DNA from: an uncultured Bacillota bacterium
Lineage (GTDB): Bacteria; Bacillota_I; Bacilli_A; RF39; UBA660
DNA length: 62,999 bases
Assembly: GCA_946541645.1 (NCBI GenBank)
Contig: CAMNJS010000001.1
Location: 1-62,999 of the forward strand
Direction of reading: 5' to 3'
The translations under genes were made by a program, and so were the position numbers. The notes below the pieces were generated by a model. The model saw only the letters and a program-made list of their open reading frames with translations, had not been told where the DNA came from and searched no databases. Shown here piece by piece: positions 58,358 to 62,999 of this stretch; positions within the stretch are counted from its first letter, which is position 1, and every line of letters begins with the position of its first letter.

Positions 58358-58541
58358 ATCTGTAATAAAAGCCTCCATAATAAGGATAATATGGATAATA
58401 AGTAGGTCTATTATAAAATATTGGTGATATTAAGCCACCCGTAATGCCGCCTAATAAAAAAGGACCCCAAAAACCATTTTGATTGTTGAAACCCGGTCTT
58501 CCAAACCCAGGTCTAAAATTAGGCCTAAAACCCTGATTCAT
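58356..58541 (-). CDS. Small Gly/Pro/Tyr/Phe-rich protein, unknown function
   Basis: 61 aa with strong RBS GAAGGAGGAG. Sequence: MNQGFRPNFRPGFGRPGFNNQNGFWGPFLLGGITGGLISPIFYNRPTYYPYYPYYGGFYYR. Confidence 0.6.
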   Translation of the reverse strand: MNQGFRPNFRPGFGRPGFNNQNGFWGPFLLGGITGGLISPIFYNRPTYYPYYPYYGGFYYR

Positions 58542-58630
58542 TTTACTCCTCCTTCATAAGTATGATATGAGATTCTAAAAAAATAGTTAAAATAAATTAT
58601 ATATACACATATAATTTTTTAGGTGATAAA

Positions 58631-59476
58631 ATGAAAAAATTTTTTCAAAGCATCGGTATAATCACCCTAATGATAGGTAGTTTTATGTTAACAAGTAAAG
58701 TTGAAACTGCATCAAAATTAAGTGATTCATTATTAAATGAAATAAAAAGTAAAAAAGACGGATACAAAGAAAACGCCATCGAGCCATTAATCAAAAATAA
58801 CACCATAATTCCAGGCATAAACGGAAAAGAAGTAGATGTTCAAAAAAGCTACGAAGAAATGAGTAAAATAGGCTATTTTGATGATAAATTTTTGATATAT
58901 AAAACTCTTAAAGTTGAAAATACACTAGATAAAAATAAAGATAAATACATAATAAGTCTAAACAATAGTAAGATGGAAATAAGCTTAATATTTAAACTAA
59001 GTAAGGACGACGATATAAACAACATAATAAATAAATTAGAAGAAAAAGACATAAAAGCCACTTTTTTTATAAATAGTGCTTATCTAGAAAAACACCACAA
59101 TCAAATAATTAAACTAATTCAAAAAGGCCATACAGTAGGGAATTTATCAAATAATGAAGATTACCTTGACAGCGATTTTGTTTGGATGAAAACTATAATA
59201 ACTAATATTGGTCCACAAAAATATAACTACTGCTACACCGAAAAAGAAAATAAAGAAATTATAAATAACTGTAAACTTCAAGATTCATTTACTATAATTC
59301 CGACTGTAATAATAAAAGAAAATGAATTAATAAATATAAAAAAACACCTAAAACCTGGTTACATTATTTCCATAGAAGTAAATAAAAACACAAACAAAGA
59401 AATTGAATTAATTTTAAACTATATAATAGCAAAAGGATACAGCATCGAGCCACTAGAAGAAGGGTTAAAAGAATAA
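58631..59476 (+). CDS. Polysaccharide deacetylase (NodB homology)-like protein with degenerate metal site
   Basis: Signal/anchor helix, then KLSKDDD...KATFFINSAYL...GHTVGNLSNNE. NodB-like order of motifs, but without the H(S/T)xxH histidines. Confidence 0.55.
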   Translation: MKKFFQSIGIITLMIGSFMLTSKVETASKLSDSLLNEIKSKKDGYKENAIEPLIKNNTIIPGINGKEVDVQKSYEEMSKIGYFDDKFLIYKTLKVENTLDKNKDKYIISLNNSKMEISLIFKLSKDDDINNIINKLEEKDIKATFFINSAYLEKHHNQIIKLIQKGHTVGNLSNNEDYLDSDFVWMKTIITNIGPQKYNYCYTEKENKEIINNCKLQDSFTIIPTVIIKENELINIKKHLKPGYIISIEVNKNTNKEIELILNYIIAKGYSIEPLEEGLKE

Positions 59477-59508
59477 AGCCAAAAAAACAAAATACTTGAC
59501 ACAATTTG

Positions 59509-59539
59509 CCGTTTTTATTTGTTTTTAAACGGTTTTTTT
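59509..59539 (+). terminator. Rho-independent terminator
   Basis: CCGTTT-12-nt loop-AAACGG followed by T7. Confidence 0.55.
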
Positions 59540-59562
59540 GATACAATTATAAAGGTGATAAC

Positions 59563-61470
59563 ATGGCAAAATATGATGAAAACTCGATAAAAATATTAGA
59601 AGGACTCGAAGCTGTACGAAAAAGGCCAGGAATGTACATTGGCTCAACAGATAAAAGAGGACTGCATCACTTAGTATGGGAAATCGTTGATAACAGTATA
59701 GACGAAGTAATAAATGGCTACGGAGATAAAATAACAGTAACCATCCATAAAGATGGTTCTTTAAGTGTCGAAGACTTTGGTAGAGGAGTCCCTGTAGGCA
59801 TGCATCCAAGCGGTAAAAGCACACCAGAAGTAATATATACAATTCTTCATGCTGGAGGAAAATTTGAAACATCTGGTTACAAAGTATCAGGAGGACTTCA
59901 TGGTGTTGGAGGTTCCGTTGTAAACGCTTTATCAAAATGGATGGAAGTAACCATTAAAAGAGATGGCGGTGAGTATTTTATTGCTTTTGAAAATGGCGGG
60001 CATGTAAAAACCCCACTAAAGCAAATAGGAAAATCGCACAAAACAGGAACAACTGTAAGATTTATGCCGGATGACACAATTTTTCAAACAACCTCATTTT
60101 CATATAGCACAATATGTGAAAGAATGCAAGAAAGCGCATTTTTGTTAAAAGAATTAACGATTGAAGTAAAAGATGAAATATCAGACAGAAGTGAAATATA
60201 CCATTATGAAAAAGGCTTAAACTCATTTGCTGAATATTTAAACACTGATAAAAAAGTAATCCATAAGCCATACGACTTTAATGGTACAAAAGATGGAGTT
60301 AACGTTGAAATTGCTTTTCAATACACAGAAGGATACTCAGAAAACATAATATCCTTTGTAAATAATGTCAAAACATCAGACGGAGGTACTCACGAAGTTG
60401 GATTTAAAACAGCTATTACTAGAGTTTTCAATGATTATGCTAGAAATAATGGATATTTAAAAACAAAAGATAAAAATTTTGAAGGGCCAGACACTAGAGA
60501 AGGCCTAACTGCCATTATAAGTTTGCAAATTCCTGAAAAACTACTACAGTTCGAAGGACAAACTAAAGGAAAATTAGGGACCCCAGTAGCTAGAACAATT
60601 GTCGATAGTATTACAACCGAAAACATGCAATTTTTCTTAGAGGAAAATAAAGATATAGCCATTAAAATACTAGAAAAAATGGTTAAATCAAAGCAAGTTA
60701 GAGAAGCCGCAAGAAAAGCCAGAGATGAAGCTAGAAATGGCAAAGGTAAAAATAGAAAAGAAAAATCTATAAGTGATAAATTTACTCCAGCTCAGTCAAA
60801 AGACCCCAAAATAAATGAATTATTCTTAGTCGAAGGAGATTCTGCAGGGGGATCTGCAAAGCAAGGAAGAGATAGAAAATTCCAAGCTATTTTGCCGCTA
60901 AGAGGAAAAGTAATAAATACTGAAAAAGCATCACTAACAGATGTATTAAATAATAATGAAATAAATACCATGATTCAAACAATTGGAGCCGGAATTGGTA
61001 GTGATTTTGAAATTAAAGACTGTAATTATGACAAAGTAATTATTATGACGGATGCTGATGATGATGGGGCACATATTACAATATTATTACTAACATTCTT
61101 CTATAGGTTTATGAAACCACTAATTGAAAATGGACATTTATATATAGCTATGCCACCACTATATGCCTTAAAAAACGGCAATAAAATATATGGCTATGCT
61201 TGGAATGACAGTGAGGCTGAAGAAATAAGAAAAAAACATAAAATAAAACTCGAAAAACAAAGATACAAAGGACTAGGTGAAATGAACGCTGAACAGCTTT
61301 GGGAAACAACCATGGATCCTAATAAAAGAAGTTTAATCAAAGTAAGTCTAACTGATGCATCACTTGCCGAAAGAAGAGTTTCGGTGCTAATGGGCGACAA
61401 TGTTGAGCCTAGAAAACAATGGATTGAAGAAAATATCGAATTTACCTTAGAAGATAATTACACAAAGTAG
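59563..61470 (+). CDS. parE: DNA topoisomerase IV subunit B
   Basis: GHKL ATPase (LEGLEAVRKRPGMYIGS, GLHHLVWEIVDNSIDE) and Toprim (LVEGDSAGGSAKQGRDR, PLRGKVINTEKA, IMTDADDDGAHI) domains. Called parE rather than gyrB because the downstream partner is ParC-like. Confidence 0.85.
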   Translation: MAKYDENSIKILEGLEAVRKRPGMYIGSTDKRGLHHLVWEIVDNSIDEVINGYGDKITVTIHKDGSLSVEDFGRGVPVGMHPSGKSTPEVIYTILHAGGKFETSGYKVSGGLHGVGGSVVNALSKWMEVTIKRDGGEYFIAFENGGHVKTPLKQIGKSHKTGTTVRFMPDDTIFQTTSFSYSTICERMQESAFLLKELTIEVKDEISDRSEIYHYEKGLNSFAEYLNTDKKVIHKPYDFNGTKDGVNVEIAFQYTEGYSENIISFVNNVKTSDGGTHEVGFKTAITRVFNDYARNNGYLKTKDKNFEGPDTREGLTAIISLQIPEKLLQFEGQTKGKLGTPVARTIVDSITTENMQFFLEENKDIAIKILEKMVKSKQVREAARKARDEARNGKGKNRKEKSISDKFTPAQSKDPKINELFLVEGDSAGGSAKQGRDRKFQAILPLRGKVINTEKASLTDVLNNNEINTMIQTIGAGIGSDFEIKDCNYDKVIIMTDADDDGAHITILLLTFFYRFMKPLIENGHLYIAMPPLYALKNGNKIYGYAWNDSEAEEIRKKHKIKLEKQRYKGLGEMNAEQLWETTMDPNKRSLIKVSLTDASLAERRVSVLMGDNVEPRKQWIEENIEFTLEDNYTK

Positions 61471-61479
61471 GTGAAAAAC

Positions 61480-62999
61480 ATGGAAGATACAAATGAAATA
61501 GTAAAAAAAATATACGACTATTCACTCGAATACATCATGGGTGATAGCTTTGGAAGATACGCTAAAACAATTATCCAAGATAGAGCTTTACCTGACGTAA
61601 GAGATGGCTTAAAGCCGGTTCAAAGACGTATTTTATACGCTATGTATAAAGATGGAAACACCTATGATAAGCCAACTAAAAAATCAGCTAAAGCAGTTGG
61701 AAACATAATGGGATTTTATCATCCACATGGCGACTCCAGCATATATGACGCCCTAGTTCGAATGAGTCAGTGGTGGAAAAATAACTTGTGTTATGTTGAA
61801 ATGCAAGGTAATAATGGCTCAATGGATGGCGACGGTGCCGCTGCAATGCGTTACACCGAAGCAAGACTTTCTAAAGTAGCTGGTGAACTTTTAAAAGACA
61901 TAAATAAAGATACGGTTTTAATGAGTTTAAACTATGATGATACATTACTAGAACCAACCGTACTACCTGCAAGATTTCCAAATTTACTCGTAAATGGGGC
62001 AACAGGCATTTCTGCCGGTTATGCTACTAATATACCACCTCATAATTTAGGCGAAATAATTGATGCCACGATTAAAAGAATCGATAGTCCAAACTGTCAT
62101 TTAGATACAATATTAGATATAGTAAAAGGGCCAGATTTCCCAACCGGAGGTGTAGCCGAAGGCATAAATGGTATCAAAGAAGCATTTACTACTGGAAAAG
62201 GTAAAGTAAATGTTAGATGCAAATACGAAGTAGTTACAAATAAAGGAAAAAAACAAATAATTATAAGTGAAATACCATACGAAGTAAATAAAGCTGCTTT
62301 AGTTAAAAAAATAGATGAAATAAGGATTGAAAAAAAAGTTGAAGGAATATCCGAAGTAAGAGATGAAACAGATAGAAACGGACTTCAAATAGCCATTGAC
62401 TTAAAGAAAGATGCCAATGCAGATTTAATAATAAATTATTTATTAAAAAATACTGATATGATGGTTTCCTATAGTTACAATATGGTAGCTATTGTAAACC
62501 GTAGACCAATGGTTTTAGGTATTTTAGAAATATTAGATGCCTATATAGCTCACCAAAAAGAAGTTATTACAAGAAGAACGGAATTTGATTTAAAAGTAGC
62601 TAAAGCTAGAATGCATATTTTAGAAGGATTAATAAAAGCTTTATCAATATTAGATGAAGTTATTAAAGTAATTAGAAGTTCTAAAAACAAAAGCGATGCC
62701 ATAGAAAACTTACAAACAGAATTTGAATTTACTAAAGAGCAAGCTGAAGCTATTGTTAATTTACAATTATATAAATTAACTAATACCGATGTTACTGAAC
62801 TTGAAGAAGAAATGAAACAAAAAGAAAAAGAAATAGCCGTTTGGACTCAAATTCTAGAAAATGAAGAGGCATTAAAGCACGTTATGAAAACAGAGCTAAA
62901 ACTTGTTAAAAAAGAATATGCAACCCCTAGAAAAACAGAAATAAAAGATGAAGTAACTGAAATAAAAATTGATACAACATCTTTAATACCAAAAGAAGA
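61480..62999 (+). CDS. parC: DNA topoisomerase IV subunit A (3-prime truncated by window end)
   Basis: Absent from the track (no stop in the window). My translation: [55 protein letters not shown]...[36 protein letters not shown]...[24 protein letters not shown]. The GRY.K.IIQ, PVQRR, HGDSS and SQ.WK motifs are ParC-type rather than GyrA-type. Confidence 0.88.
   Translation, partial: MEDTNEIVKKIYDYSLEYIMGDSFGRYAKTIIQDRALPDVRDGLKPVQRRILYAMYKDGNTYDKPTKKSAKAVGNIMGFYHPHGDSSIYDALVRMSQWWKNNLCYVEMQGNNGSMDGDGAAAMRYTEARLSKVAGELLKDINKDTVLMSLNYDDTLLEPTVLPARFPNLLVNGATGISAGYATNIPPHNLGEIIDATIKRIDSPNCHLDTILDIVKGPDFPTGGVAEGINGIKEAFTTGKGKVNVRCKYEVVTNKGKKQIIISEIPYEVNKAALVKKIDEIRIEKKVEGISEVRDETDRNGLQIAIDLKKDANADLIINYLLKNTDMMVSYSYNMVAIVNRRPMVLGILEILDAYIAHQKEVITRRTEFDLKVAKARMHILEGLIKALSILDEVIKVIRSSKNKSDAIENLQTEFEFTKEQAEAIVNLQLYKLTNTDVTELEEEMKQKEKEIAVWTQILENEEALKHVMKTELKLVKKEYATPRKTEIKDEVTEIKIDTTSLIPKE

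Noticed and set aside
1-62999. Scan for rRNA, tRNA, CRISPR arrays and intact IS or transposon ends
   Set aside because: I found no GTTCGAATC-type T-loop contexts, no regularly spaced direct repeats, no rRNA-like GC-rich structured stretch and no terminal inverted repeats flanking a transposase ORF. This was a by-eye scan only, so tRNAscan, Infernal and a repeat finder would be needed for certainty.

Overview
Chromosomal, mostly housekeeping window from a visibly very AT-rich endospore-forming Firmicute. Sporulation genes gpr, spoIIP, spo0A and an alpha/beta-type SASP are present. Local gene order recalls Bacillus: rpsT-gpr-spoIIP-yqxA-like, nfo-DUF2624, yceD-like-rpmF, rpsD/ezrA-thiI-SASP and parE-parC. 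An Acholeplasma-type GT4 glycolipid synthase hints at an Erysipelotrichia-like lineage, but this cannot be proven from the window. I support about 70 CDS, including rpmG (missed by the ORF track because it is under 60 aa) and a 3-prime-truncated parC. I also support two T-box leaders (Val and Leu), several sigma-A-type promoters and many rho-independent terminators. Several track ORFs start at GTG/TTG artefacts, and I moved those starts to the ATG that has a ribosome-binding site (RBS). I saw no rRNA, tRNA, CRISPR array or intact mobile element; there are two decayed fragments of an Rpn/PD-(D/E)XK transposase-like gene. The most unusual signal is five orphan prepilin-type (class III signal peptide) genes scattered singly between essential genes (valS|lepA, hemW|thyA cluster, gap|pgk, spo0A|dus), with no pilus assembly genes in 63 kb. 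One of them is a 558-aa modular pilin with Ig-like repeats and a 14-Cys terminal module. Another is the promoter-proximal gene of a translationally coupled mosaic operon: pilin-pgk-flippase-like-GT4-divergent tpiA. Other items worth checking: an HD-thyA-folA-tmk operon; both T-boxes controlling an extra ORF ahead of the aaRS gene; a GH31 enzyme whose acid/base Asp is Lys; a PTS EIIB-like protein without the phospho-Cys; and two low-complexity mini-proteins.
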